This document shows positions 44,577-53,881 of a DNA stretch of 64,000 nucleotides, one piece after another; the first letter of the stretch is position 1; the number at the start of each line of letters is the position of its first letter. Below the pieces are notes generated by a model that saw nothing but the letters and a program-made list of their open reading frames with translations, was not told the DNA's origin and ran no database searches. The position numbers and the translations under genes were made by a program. Source of the DNA: a virus (Duplodnaviria; Caudoviricetes). The DNA lies in IMG/VR virus record IMGVR_UViG_3300042291_001013; one strand, written 5' to 3'.

Positions 44577-45498
44577 CCAAACCGGCACTGAATGTGTTGG
44601 CAAATTGATCATATACTTTGGCAGTTACCTTGCGAAAAGTTTGCTCATCAGCATCGCTAAATTTAATAACACGAATGCCATCTTGCTCACAACGTGCCTT
44701 GGTAGGCTCAACTTCGGCCACAGCCACAGCACGCTCAAAACGTCCAGCTTCTAATGCCGCATCTTTCATGACCTGTTGCAGGTCTGCAGACAAGCCAGCC
44801 AAGAAGTTCTTGTTCACAATGATGTTAGTCAACAACAAGCGATGGTTGGGTTCCAAGATAGATTCAGCAACTTCGTTTTGTTGGCAAGCATAGATACGTG
44901 GCCATGAGCTTTCGCCGCCATCAATAGCACCATCTCGGATGCCTTCGGCCACACGTTCAACGTCCATCACAACTGGATCAGCGCCCAGGGCAGTCCATGT
45001 AGCGGCTGCAACTGGTGAATTTGACACACGCACTTTAACGCCGGCCATTTCACTTAGACTTGCAACGTCACGATTCATGGGCATGTTCATAAAGCCACCT
45101 GAGTAGGTAAATGCCATGCCTTTGATGTTGCTGTTCTTGGCGTAACCATCCAGCAAACTCTCGCCAATTTCACTTTCAAACACACGTGCCGCGTGATCGT
45201 GATCACGGAACAAGAAAGGCAAATCAAGTGCGTCAAGATCATTGTTGTACTTGCTGAGTACATAAGTGTACATCTGGCTCATTTCAATAGCGCCAGTGTC
45301 CATAACATCCAACAGGTTATGTTTGGTGATTGGTTCACCATGATTGTACTTGCTGGTATACTCGCTTAGAGTCAGCACTTCAATCTCAAACTGTCCTGGT
45401 GCACGGGCTTCTACTACTTCAGTAAATTTTTCAGCGGCACGAATAAAAATGTCAATAGGTTCATGGGCTAATACCCATTTGATGTGGATAGGTTTCAT
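44554..45498 (-). CDS. TRAP transporter substrate-binding protein (DctP family), no visible signal peptide
   Basis: LDLPFLFRD, GVKVRV, LGADPV, IDGGE; start may be 45528. Confidence 0.85.
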   Translation of the reverse strand: MKPIHIKWVLAHEPIDIFIRAAEKFTEVVEARAPGQFEIEVLTLSEYTSKYNHGEPITKHNLLDVMDTGAIEMSQMYTYVLSKYNNDLDALDLPFLFRDHDHAARVFESEIGESLLDGYAKNSNIKGMAFTYSGGFMNMPMNRDVASLSEMAGVKVRVSNSPVAAATWTALGADPVVMDVERVAEGIRDGAIDGGESSWPRIYACQQNEVAESILEPNHRLLLTNIIVNKNFLAGLSADLQQVMKDAALEAGRFERAVAVAEVEPTKARCEQDGIRVIKFSDADEQTFRKVTAKVYDQFANTFSAGLVDKIQKA

Positions 45499-45683
45499 AA
45501 TATTTTTTCCTTGAGTAATAGCTTGCATGTGTATGCTACGGTGGGCGTTCTAGGTATTGTGCTAGTAAAGGGCATTGCCCAAGCGTCCATTATTTCCGAC
45601 GTCAGCCCCTGCTGGCGTTGCTAGAATTATTTAGCTTTTGCAAGCGTCTTGTATAGCATTTTTAAGGCATTAGTGCGCAATTG

Positions 45684-46868
45684 TTAAAATTTAAAATGAT
45701 TGTTGATACCTGAGCTTTCAAAGTCAGCTTCGCCCAGGTAATAAAAGGGTGATAAAAACCCCACAAAGCCAACTGCTTGCCCCATTTCTCTGTTGAAGTA
45801 CTTGCTGTCAATAGTTTTTACTAGATGTGCAAGACCCGCTTGCCATTTGGCATACTGTGCAGTTTCTTTAAAGTTGGTATAAAACCAATGATCCATCTCG
45901 TTGTAAAAACTGTTGGTTGGTTTACTGGTCTGGAATGTTTCTTGATTGTACTGTGGGTAGATTAACGGCTTGATCAAGTGCTCGTATGTTGTTCGATGGG
46001 TGTAGCTGTAGTTTGGCCAACGGCACACATACTGCATGTGTTTGTTGTGCTCTAGCATAAACCAGTTCTTGACCATGTGGCATTGTTTGATAAACATCTC
46101 TGGCAAGTCAGGCGTCCAATAAAAATATTCGTTGGTCATGTTGGTATAATCACCAAAATCACCCATGCTATGATTGGCCATAACATCAATAAAGTAAGCG
46201 TACCACTTTTTGTCCTTGATGCATAGCTTGGGCTTGTCTACCCCGTACAAGATGCAAATGCGTTGACCAGTGTCTGCTAGCTTTTTGTGACCTACATAGC
46301 CTGTAGCTGAGTGCTTGAACGCATGTCCAGGTTGGAAATAATCTTTAGTTTTCATAACCCAAGATTCATCATACACTTGAGTTAACATGTTTTCACTGTA
46401 GTCGTGCATGGTAATTTTTGTGCGAGGTGAAGCAGTGGTCAACCAGTTCAGCACAGGATATGCCGCATAACGTGCTTCGCTTAGAGTGTTCTCAGGTTTG
46501 CAGTTAAACGGATCGTCGCTAACATCTTTCTCACCAGTCTTGGGATATCGAAAAACAACCTCATCAAGGTGTATTCCGTTGTTGATAAAGCTATACAATG
46601 CTGTAGTCGAATCTCCCCCACCAGAAAATTCTAAACGAATGTAATCGTACTTGTCCCGTAATTGTTGCGCACGAATTCGATACAGGTCTAGGATATTGAT
46701 ATTGGGTTCAACTAGCCAATTTTCGGCACCAAATATTTCGTTGCTGAAATTCCATTCGGGAAACTGATTGGTTTCTGTTGCCTTGGTCAGTGCCATGGGC
46801 TTGCTAAAAAACTTTTCAGTTCCTACAGTGTAGTACCCCAACTTGGGGTTTTGTTCAATCTTGATCAT
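45684..46868 (-). CDS. PP-loop (adenine nucleotide alpha hydrolase-like) protein
   Basis: DKYDYIRLEFSGGGDS. Confidence 0.6.
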   Translation of the reverse strand: MIKIEQNPKLGYYTVGTEKFFSKPMALTKATETNQFPEWNFSNEIFGAENWLVEPNINILDLYRIRAQQLRDKYDYIRLEFSGGGDSTTALYSFINNGIHLDEVVFRYPKTGEKDVSDDPFNCKPENTLSEARYAAYPVLNWLTTASPRTKITMHDYSENMLTQVYDESWVMKTKDYFQPGHAFKHSATGYVGHKKLADTGQRICILYGVDKPKLCIKDKKWYAYFIDVMANHSMGDFGDYTNMTNEYFYWTPDLPEMFIKQCHMVKNWFMLEHNKHMQYVCRWPNYSYTHRTTYEHLIKPLIYPQYNQETFQTSKPTNSFYNEMDHWFYTNFKETAQYAKWQAGLAHLVKTIDSKYFNREMGQAVGFVGFLSPFYYLGEADFESSGINNHFKF

Positions 46869-48478
46869 TGTGAGGTTCCAAAAAAGTTGTTGTACCAGTT
46901 GTTGGCTGACTGTGCATGCTTGGCTTGTATTTTATTTTTGCTGTTAAAGTAGTCAAAAAAGTTTATGGCCAGTTGTTCAGTTTCGTTGTCAATGTCTATT
47001 TGCCAGGGCAGATCTATGCCATAGTACATGGCCATGTTTGCTAAAGGACCTTGATACCAAAAGTGCTGAAGTTTATCATTATAGTGTCGTCTTGATTCAG
47101 ACACAACAGTGTCCTGCAGCCATTCCTTGATGCAAAGCTCTTGACCAACAGAATTCATCAATTGCCAGTATGGAGTATCGTTTTTTGGCGCTAGATACAT
47201 ACCAACTTGAATACGTTTCAGCACGTCATTATTGATGTTGTTAACAAACTGATTGTACGAATCTTTCCAGTCAAACGTTCGATCATGATCCTGCTTGATG
47301 TAATCAACCAATTGATTAATAAAAGCCAACTGAGTTGAAAATCCATTGGCGTCATATACGTCAGTAAACCCGCTGGAGATACCCAGCGTCACACAATTAG
47401 CCACAAATGTTTGTTCAAAGAATCCGGCCTGCCAAGATATTTTTCTTTTGATTGCACCCTTCATCCACGGGAACCGCTGATCAAACTCGTCAATCAACTG
47501 CTGTTCATCAGTAGTAAAGTTTTTGTTGTACACATAACCATTGCCACTGCGCCCTGGTTGTGGCAGACCAAACACCCATCCTTGACTCATGGCATAATGT
47601 CTGGACACACAATCTGATGGATTTTCTAGATCATGACGATTTGGTCCCTGCCCAACTATTGCGGCATTGTTAATAGTATCTTCAACCGGACGCCAACGAA
47701 ACGGTACAAACTGCGAAAACAATCTCTTGAACCCGGTACAGTCAACAAACAGATCTGCATGCACCTGTGAATCGTCTTCACCTACTAGGTGAGTAACTCT
47801 GGTCCCATCAAACACCACATTCTTAATTCGCAGAGCTTGAACTTTGACTCCGCAAGGAATGCCCACGCTTTCGTGAATTACGTCTTTGACATAATCAGCA
47901 TTGAAATGAAAACTTGAAACCAATCGCTTCTGTGGCAGATGCTGTTTGTTCATGATTGTTTTGTAATAGCTATACCAATAGCTTTCGCTTAGGTCGCCAG
48001 CCCTGTTTTCATTTTTACGCAGTCCTTTGTTGTATAGGTGTAACCATACGTCCCACAATGTGTATTTGTCATCTTCGGCACCCGATGCTGGACCCAGAGG
48101 TTTTGTTCTATGCCCATAGGTGTCTGTTATAGATTGTGTAATTATCTTGGCACTAGGATTCCACTGGAATCCAGAGACCATGGGTGTCTCGGTGCCATCA
48201 AATCCAAAAAATGCCACACCATACTTGTAGCTAGAATTTGATTTTTTCATCCAGTCATAAGAGCTCTCGTCATCAATGCCAAACAGTTTGCGCATAACAT
48301 CACGACAGTTAAACGCAATGCTTTCTCCGACACCGATGTAAGGAGTGTTGGGATCATGTACAATAGTCACATCAGTTCCTGGACAATTTCTTTTTATGGC
48401 GGCGGCTGCAAAATATCCAGCGGCTCCGGCGCCCACAATCACAACTTTGAGTGGCTTGGCTTCAGCATTTTTTATCAT
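46865..48478 (-). CDS. Flavin-dependent tryptophan-halogenase family protein
   Basis: VGAGAAG, IGVGES, FVDCTGF, GWVFGLP (WxWxIP-like). Confidence 0.8.
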   Translation of the reverse strand: MIKNAEAKPLKVVIVGAGAAGYFAAAAIKRNCPGTDVTIVHDPNTPYIGVGESIAFNCRDVMRKLFGIDDESSYDWMKKSNSSYKYGVAFFGFDGTETPMVSGFQWNPSAKIITQSITDTYGHRTKPLGPASGAEDDKYTLWDVWLHLYNKGLRKNENRAGDLSESYWYSYYKTIMNKQHLPQKRLVSSFHFNADYVKDVIHESVGIPCGVKVQALRIKNVVFDGTRVTHLVGEDDSQVHADLFVDCTGFKRLFSQFVPFRWRPVEDTINNAAIVGQGPNRHDLENPSDCVSRHYAMSQGWVFGLPQPGRSGNGYVYNKNFTTDEQQLIDEFDQRFPWMKGAIKRKISWQAGFFEQTFVANCVTLGISSGFTDVYDANGFSTQLAFINQLVDYIKQDHDRTFDWKDSYNQFVNNINNDVLKRIQVGMYLAPKNDTPYWQLMNSVGQELCIKEWLQDTVVSESRRHYNDKLQHFWYQGPLANMAMYYGIDLPWQIDIDNETEQLAINFFDYFNSKNKIQAKHAQSANNWYNNFFGTSQ

Positions 48479-49701
48479 GTTATCCTATAAGTGTTTTTTA
48501 AATTAACGTAACAGCCGTTGAGTGACTTGGTACCGGCAATTTCGTCCCAGTGCTTGGGTGCAATGGTTTTTACATGATTCCTAAGCCACGCAAACCCTCG
48601 TGCATAATAATTTTGTCCTAGATCAGGAGACAAACTATTCCATAACCATTCGTCACGTTGTGGCCAACTGGTGCATAATGGTTTTTTAGCCACAACAGCA
48701 TCGGGCATCCAATCTTGGTAAATTAACCTGTGCATTCCGCCCATGGTCAAGGTATAAGGTTTGTTGTTGTGGGTAAAATACACCGCTGCCAATCCTGCTG
48801 TGTCGTTAAACGAAAGGTGCAGAGATCTTGAAATTTTGCCTTCAACTACATGTTTACCATCACAGTGGCCTGGGTCAAATTTTTCACAGTAGTTTTTGAT
48901 CACATGCGCTTGTTTGCAAGGCAACATTGGAAAATCAGCACCCCAATAAAAGTACTCGTCGTATTCGCCAGGTCGATTCAGCATCTGAGCATAGCCACTA
49001 ACGCCGTGATCAAGTCCATCTCTAAAATTAACAAACCAATCTGTGCCTTGCTGTGTTATCATGGGCTTTTCAATTCCCCAAATAAAACACAGGCGTTTAC
49101 CTTGATTGATGATATTGGCGTAGTCGGGTATGTCCTGTCTAAATTGATGTCTTGACAAAGTAACTGGAGAGAAGTAATTGTTGACTCTGTAAAAGTGATC
49201 CCAGCGAGTGTTGTAATCCTTTAACAGTTTGATTTCCATGTCAGTAATATCAACCAGTCGATGTTTAGTGTTGCGATACACAGGATTGTTAGCCAGCAAC
49301 TGCTGGGTGATTGGTATACTAGTCTGTGCTAGCTCTTCATGAAAAAAAGTGGTCTTGTCATCGTGTGCGGCTTTCATGTTGGTGTACTGCGCAATCTCAT
49401 CTATAAAGATATTGTTGCGTACAAAGGTCTGCAGGATATTGTGACTGTCAGCACCGCCACTAAACCACAGCACAATGTAATCATACTGATCTCTAATTTG
49501 CCTAGCACGTTGCTCGTACCAAAAATCTAAACTGCCCGGAGGTTCCTGGGACCAGTCAACGGATTGATAGGTGTCTTGATTGTAGTGCCATTCTACTGGC
49601 AGTTTTGATTGTGCGCTGTGCTCAATTGCTTCTAGTTTGCTGTAGGTTTTACGTGGACCCACAGTGTAGAATCCATATCGATCGCGATTGTCTAGAGACA
49701 T
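48475..49701 (-). CDS. PP-loop protein, paralog of 45684..46868
   Basis: DQYDYIVLWFSGGADS; shared GFYTVG..EYFYW; start MSLDN. Confidence 0.6.
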   Translation of the reverse strand: MSLDNRDRYGFYTVGPRKTYSKLEAIEHSAQSKLPVEWHYNQDTYQSVDWSQEPPGSLDFWYEQRARQIRDQYDYIVLWFSGGADSHNILQTFVRNNIFIDEIAQYTNMKAAHDDKTTFFHEELAQTSIPITQQLLANNPVYRNTKHRLVDITDMEIKLLKDYNTRWDHFYRVNNYFSPVTLSRHQFRQDIPDYANIINQGKRLCFIWGIEKPMITQQGTDWFVNFRDGLDHGVSGYAQMLNRPGEYDEYFYWGADFPMLPCKQAHVIKNYCEKFDPGHCDGKHVVEGKISRSLHLSFNDTAGLAAVYFTHNNKPYTLTMGGMHRLIYQDWMPDAVVAKKPLCTSWPQRDEWLWNSLSPDLGQNYYARGFAWLRNHVKTIAPKHWDEIAGTKSLNGCYVNLKNTYRIT

Positions 49702-49702
49702 A

Positions 49703-50605
49703 TCAACGTCGAACGCCTTGGGCGGCTTGTTGCCAGTGCCTATTTTCCTGGGCAAAACGTTTTTCCACTTCGGCAAGACTGAGAACAGGGGTTGACAAAT
49801 ATGCATTGGCCTGACGTTGTTGTATGCCTGAGTCTGTGGCCAGCACCTCTAGGTCTCGACGATATTGAGCAATATCTGCCTCTGGAGTAGCGGCAGGCAC
49901 CAGTAACCAAAGATTGAGCACAAAATTTTCTAGTCCACGCATGCCAAGGCTGGCAAATGTGGGAATGCCTCGATGACTGCGAGTGCCTGTAATAGCGATT
50001 GGAAACAGTTGTCCACCATCAATCCAGCCTTCGCTATCAGCCAAGAATTCACTGGTTAGATCAATGTGTCCGCCTATAGCATCACGTGTGGCTTCGATGC
50101 CTCCAGGATAAAACGCCAACACCAGTTCAGTGTTGGGAAGATGTTGTTGCATGGCAATGGCCATAAGATGCGATATACTGCCCGGAACAACCCCAATGGT
50201 CAATGTGCGTTGTTGGCGTAGTTCAGCCCAGCTACGATATTTTTTGCTCATTAATACCGGCGCTTGGTCGCCAGCAAACATCATGATAGGACGGAACTGT
50301 TCAACTCGATGCGCTTCAGTTTCTTTAAACAGCAAAGGCCTGATCATAAAACTGCTGGATGCGGCCAGCACTTCTGGACGCTGTGCATTGGCCACAGAGT
50401 TTGCGGCAATACTACCACCAGCACCTGGCCGGGTTGCAAACACATAGGTGCGTTGTGTCTGTGTTTTGTTGGCCAGTGCAGTGCCTTGTCGCAACACATT
50501 GGCTGTATTGCTACCGGGACTGAATCCCCATACCACTGAAACAGTTTCAGCACTGGCGGTCACTGCCATCACACTCAAAATCAAAGTTAATAAAAATTTA
50601 TTCAT
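49703..50605 (-). CDS. Bug/TctC substrate-binding protein
   Basis: Signal peptide MNKFLLTLIL..; WGFSPGS, RPGAGGSIAA. Confidence 0.8.
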   Translation of the reverse strand: MNKFLLTLILSVMAVTASAETVSVVWGFSPGSNTANVLRQGTALANKTQTQRTYVFATRPGAGGSIAANSVANAQRPEVLAASSSFMIRPLLFKETEAHRVEQFRPIMMFAGDQAPVLMSKKYRSWAELRQQRTLTIGVVPGSISHLMAIAMQQHLPNTELVLAFYPGGIEATRDAIGGHIDLTSEFLADSEGWIDGGQLFPIAITGTRSHRGIPTFASLGMRGLENFVLNLWLLVPAATPEADIAQYRRDLEVLATDSGIQQRQANAYLSTPVLSLAEVEKRFAQENRHWQQAAQGVRR

Positions 50606-51152
50606 TGTCATTATTCTCCACAGGGATCCACCCCAATTTAAAAAAATCCTCTTGGATCTCGTCAGTGACATGACCTTCGCCCACAAAGTGTTTGTCATAC
50701 CACTCAATTCTTGCTCGTTGCTCACTAGTCAACTCCGCATCATCTGTTGCGGCACCACCACGTATGCCCGAACAATACCAGTCCATGTAGTCGCCTTGTT
50801 CACGCATGTCGGCCACAATACCCCCGGCGTAGCGCCACGAGCACGACCAAGTTTGGCCCTTCAACAATGGCCACACTGCGTTGCGTTGCCAGTCTTGATT
50901 GCACAAGGCCGCGTAGATGTTTTGTGCATACTCTTCTCGTGCTTTGGCCTTGGCACAGATCCACTCGGTACTGCGTAGATCGTATTCAAGATTGTTTTTC
51001 TTCCACTCCTCGTCAGCGTCGCGGGCAAGATCATGTGCCTTGGCATCTTCGTACATGTTCAAGTAATCCTGATTGGGCTCCTCGCCAGTTTCTTCACAGC
51101 GTTTGATATAGTTTTCTGCTTGAAAGGTATGACGTTCTTTGCTACGATTCAT
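50598..51152 (-). CDS. Hypothetical protein
   Basis: 184-aa ORF overlapping the next start. Confidence 0.75.
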   Translation of the reverse strand: MNRSKERHTFQAENYIKRCEETGEEPNQDYLNMYEDAKAHDLARDADEEWKKNNLEYDLRSTEWICAKAKAREEYAQNIYAALCNQDWQRNAVWPLLKGQTWSCSWRYAGGIVADMREQGDYMDWYCSGIRGGAATDDAELTSEQRARIEWYDKHFVGEGHVTDEIQEDFFKLGWIPVENNDNE

Positions 51153-51165
51153 GTGTGTTTTTGTT

Positions 51166-51251
51166 TGGTACCAGAGACGGGACTCGAACCCGTATGCCCT
51201 TGCGAGCGGCAGATTTTAAGTCTGCTGTGTATACCATTCCACCACTCTGGC
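51166..51251 (-). tRNA. tRNA-Leu(UAA)
   Basis: Loop CTTAAAA; long variable arm. Confidence 0.94.
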
Positions 51252-51260
51252 GAGTGTTTG

Positions 51261-51437
51261 TTAACCGCCTCGGCCGGCTGCTTTGCGAACTGGTTTACCT
51301 GCGGGTGCTAGCGGAGCAGAACGTTTGGCGGCCTTTTGCTGAGTCTTTGATAACTTTGCATCAGGATGCGCAGAGGCATTCTTTCGATCTAGTGCTTGTT
51401 TCACTGCTGTGATAAAAGGTACTGGCGTTTTTGACAT
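51261..51437 (-). CDS. 58-aa Lys/Ala-rich basic protein
   Basis: Hand translation MSKTPVPF..RKAAGRGG; GGAG RBS; TAAATA upstream. Confidence 0.65.
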   Translation of the reverse strand: MSKTPVPFITAVKQALDRKNASAHPDAKLSKTQQKAAKRSAPLAPAGKPVRKAAGRGG

Positions 51438-51450
51438 TGTTGCTCCAAGT

Positions 51451-51684
51451 TTATTTAGCGGTCAGTTGTGCCCAGGCCAACCATTGCTTAAATGCATTAT
51501 ACACTGTTTCTGCTTCTTTGTCATCCACTGGCACTCGAACTCCACGTACATAGAATCCTTCTGGAGTGACCTTTATCATTTCATCTCCATCATTTAATGT
51601 CCATGAAATTGTATTGTTATGATACAAGCCTTCGGTACTGCCGCCCATGTCTACCTGTAGTGTCTGCGGTTTGATAGGTGTCAT
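51451..51684 (-). CDS. Hypothetical protein
   Basis: Start MTPIK; an upstream extension would overlap a tRNA. Confidence 0.6.
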   Translation of the reverse strand: MTPIKPQTLQVDMGGSTEGLYHNNTISWTLNDGDEMIKVTPEGFYVRGVRVPVDDKEAETVYNAFKQWLAWAQLTAK

Positions 51685-51693
51685 GCTAGTCCT

Positions 51694-51768
51694 TGGTCCG
51701 GCGTGCAAGAATCGAACTCACATTCAAGAGGTAGAAGCTCTTTGTATTATCCATTATACTAACGCCAG
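51694..51768 (-). tRNA. tRNA-Arg(UCU)
   Basis: Loop CTTCTAC. Confidence 0.9.
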
Positions 51769-51770
51769 GT

Positions 51771-51845
51771 TGGTGGGACCACTTGGAATTGAACCAAGAC
51801 TCAATCGATTATGAGTCGACTGCTTTACCATTAAGCTATGATCCC
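51771..51845 (-). tRNA. tRNA-Ile2(CAU) (lysidine type, inferred)
   Basis: GTCGA-CTCATAA-TCGAT arm resembles the E. coli ileX arm. Confidence 0.75.
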
Positions 51846-51854
51846 AATGATTGT

Positions 51855-51883
51855 ATTATAGCAGGAAAATTATTTAGTGTCAA
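51855..51883 (-). promoter_or_regulatory. Promoter TTGACA-17-TATAAT with embedded TAAATA
   Basis: Direct match upstream of tRNA-Ile2. Confidence 0.88.
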
Positions 51884-52250
51884 CAGTGCCGTCAGCCAGG
51901 TGGTCTTGCTTGATTTCAGTCACAGGGTGTCCCAGGATACGTGCAATTGAGTTTTTGTATGTGATTCGCTTGTTGTTGTGATCACGTATGGCAATTGCCC
52001 TGCGCCCAATTTCTGCCAAACTAAGCATTTGTTCAACGCCGGATTTGAGTTGCCATTCTAAATCCCAGATGGCATGGTGGATGTCGGTCATGGCCTGGAT
52101 GTCTGCATCCAGCTCAGGACTTTGTGGTAGCTGACGGTATTTGTCTTCATACCAATCAAGTTCTACTTGGTTTGCACCATTGGTGCGTATGTGCTTTACT
52201 CTGGCAATGCAGAGTCGGTCTATTAGTTCAAGTGCGGGTAAAAATTCCAT
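51870..52250 (-). CDS. Hypothetical helical protein
   Basis: 126-aa ORF downstream of a consensus promoter. Confidence 0.7.
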   Translation of the reverse strand: MEFLPALELIDRLCIARVKHIRTNGANQVELDWYEDKYRQLPQSPELDADIQAMTDIHHAIWDLEWQLKSGVEQMLSLAEIGRRAIAIRDHNNKRITYKNSIARILGHPVTEIKQDHLADGTVDTK

Positions 52251-52269
52251 AGTTCACCTTTAAAAATTT

Positions 52270-52298
52270 ATTATAACACGTATGTCAACCAGTGTCAA
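52270..52298 (-). promoter_or_regulatory. Promoter TTGACA-17-TATAAT
   Basis: Direct match. Confidence 0.85.
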
Positions 52299-52603
52299 GC
52301 CTGTATCCAATTTACGCTGTCACGTTTTTCAATGCTTTCGTTGCCATCGTATTCGTTTACTTGAAACTGTGTTCCTTCAGGGATCCACTCAATTTGTAAA
52401 TCATGCATACCACCATTGTAGATATCTGGGTACTTGAGCACAAGAAACGCTCGTAACTCGTCCCATTTTTCCTGTTCTACTAACTCAACTATGGCAGGAT
52501 CAAACAAGATTTCTGGCCGGCTGGTATTCCAAGAGAACCATCCTGCACCATAGCCGGGCGAGTATAACACTGCTACCTTGCCATCACGTATAACCTTGTC
52601 CAT
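52295..52603 (-). CDS. Hypothetical protein
   Basis: YSPGYGAGW motif; operon-packed. Confidence 0.7.
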   Translation of the reverse strand: MDKVIRDGKVAVLYSPGYGAGWFSWNTSRPEILFDPAIVELVEQEKWDELRAFLVLKYPDIYNGGMHDLQIEWIPEGTQFQVNEYDGNESIEKRDSVNWIQA

Positions 52604-52605
52604 TT

Positions 52606-52719
52606 TTATTTTGTCACAATTCTATATCTTGAATGAGGGTATTTTGCTTGCAACCACTCTAGCAATCCAGGCTCGTACGGTAACTCAATGGTGTTGTTGT
52701 AGTTGGCAATGTATGTCAT
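52606..52719 (-). CDS. 37-aa hypothetical protein MTYIANYNN...
   Basis: GGAG RBS plus ATGA coupling. Confidence 0.6.
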   Translation of the reverse strand: MTYIANYNNTIELPYEPGLLEWLQAKYPHSRYRIVTK

Positions 52720-53093
52720 TCTTCAACTCCTTCAACTTCCTCTACGGGTTGATTGGGAATGTTTTCTGTATCACCATCTTGTGCAACAACAAAGCCCATG
52801 CCTAACATTATTTCAGTTTCAAAAGGCGTGCAGTGAGGGCGAAACACAAACAGTCTACAAGTGAGATTATCTTGGCTGTAGTAAATCCTGTATCTAACCG
52901 ATTCTATGCCCAAAGTGTCAGCCAGTTCCTGCGATGAGAATGTTTCAGGCCAAGACTCGTTCACACTGGCCCGGGTCTTTTCAAAGTAGAAGTCCTGCAT
53001 ACGTTGTACACCAGAACCCCTGCCCCAAAATGCATTTTGCTTGCACCATGCAATCTTGCGGTCTAGCATTTCTGTTGTGATTTCATTGATCAT
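52716..53093 (-). CDS. Hypothetical protein
   Basis: ATGA coupling at both ends. Confidence 0.7.
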   Translation of the reverse strand: MINEITTEMLDRKIAWCKQNAFWGRGSGVQRMQDFYFEKTRASVNESWPETFSSQELADTLGIESVRYRIYYSQDNLTCRLFVFRPHCTPFETEIMLGMGFVVAQDGDTENIPNQPVEEVEGVEE

Positions 53094-53254
53094 TCTTCAA
53101 CTCCGAAATGTTCTTTGATCCTACGGTTAATCTCCGCTAATACCTCTTCGGTAACATCTTTGACCTCGCCTGTTGGAACACAAGGTTCACATTCCCAAGT
53201 GCAGATTGTTTTACTTTTTCCATCTTGCTCAACCACAACCGATAGTTTCATCAT
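53090..53254 (-). CDS. 54-aa hypothetical protein ending IKEHFGVEE
   Basis: Hand translation; ATGA coupling. Confidence 0.65.
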   Translation of the reverse strand: MMKLSVVVEQDGKSKTICTWECEPCVPTGEVKDVTEEVLAEINRRIKEHFGVEE

Positions 53255-53451
53255 TCAACTCCGAAATATTTTTTGATAGCATTCATATGATAATCTTCGT
53301 TGTAGCCACCGACATTTTTTACGGCCTGGATACATTCCCGCACAATCAACTCGGCAAACTTTGGTACGTCAAAACTTTGATTGCGGTCATATATATCGGG
53401 ATCGCTTCTAAAGCCGCATTGTTCAGCAAGTAGTTTGATTTGTTCATTCAT
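53251..53451 (-). CDS. MNE..LA..KFAELIV..FGVE family protein
   Basis: Paralog of 53645..53881. Confidence 0.75.
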   Translation of the reverse strand: MNEQIKLLAEQCGFRSDPDIYDRNQSFDVPKFAELIVRECIQAVKNVGGYNEDYHMNAIKKYFGVE

Positions 53452-53648
53452 TTTGTAAACCTCGGCATGTTAGCAGTACCGCCAGCGTATTCAAAACTTG
53501 TCAACATGGGCAACAAACCCGCTAGATCCTCTGCAGGATGACGTTCAATCACAGTCATAGCATCACCGTCTTTGAGCATAAAGTACAATTTCTCAGTACC
53601 TTCTTCAATTTGATTTTGAAATATATGTTCTAAATCTTCAATGGTCAT
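53448..53648 (-). CDS. Hypothetical protein
   Basis: ATGA coupling. Confidence 0.65.
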   Translation of the reverse strand: MTIEDLEHIFQNQIEEGTEKLYFMLKDGDAMTVIERHPAEDLAGLLPMLTSFEYAGGTANMPRFTK

Positions 53649-53881
53649 TCTTTAACTCCGAAATGTTCTTTAACAAACAATTTAATTTCCTGAATTGGTA
53701 ACTCGTCATCGTCACCATATCGTTTTATCATACTATGAATTAAATCTTGCACAATCAACTCGGCGAACTTTTTGTATGCTACTTCACATTCCTCGGCACT
53801 CATCCATTTAGGCCAAGGGTTACCATTAAGGTCCACATACATTCCTGCTTCTTGAGCAAGTTGTTGAATTCGTTCGTTCAT
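53645..53881 (-). CDS. MNE..LA..KFAELIV..FGVKE family protein
   Basis: Paralog of 53251..53451. Confidence 0.75.
   Translation of the reverse strand: MNERIQQLAQEAGMYVDLNGNPWPKWMSAEECEVAYKKFAELIVQDLIHSMIKRYGDDDELPIQEIKLFVKEHFGVKE

Noticed and set aside
41109-44754. Track ORFs 41109, 41304, 41512, 41739, 42600, 43228, 43467, 44255, 44476
   Set aside because: They overlap tRNA, tmRNA or ncRNA genes, lack RBSs, and read as RNA-gene translations.
45684-49701. Calling the PP-loop proteins QueC or TilS
   Set aside because: Only the SGGxDS loop is shared; family-specific motifs were not seen.
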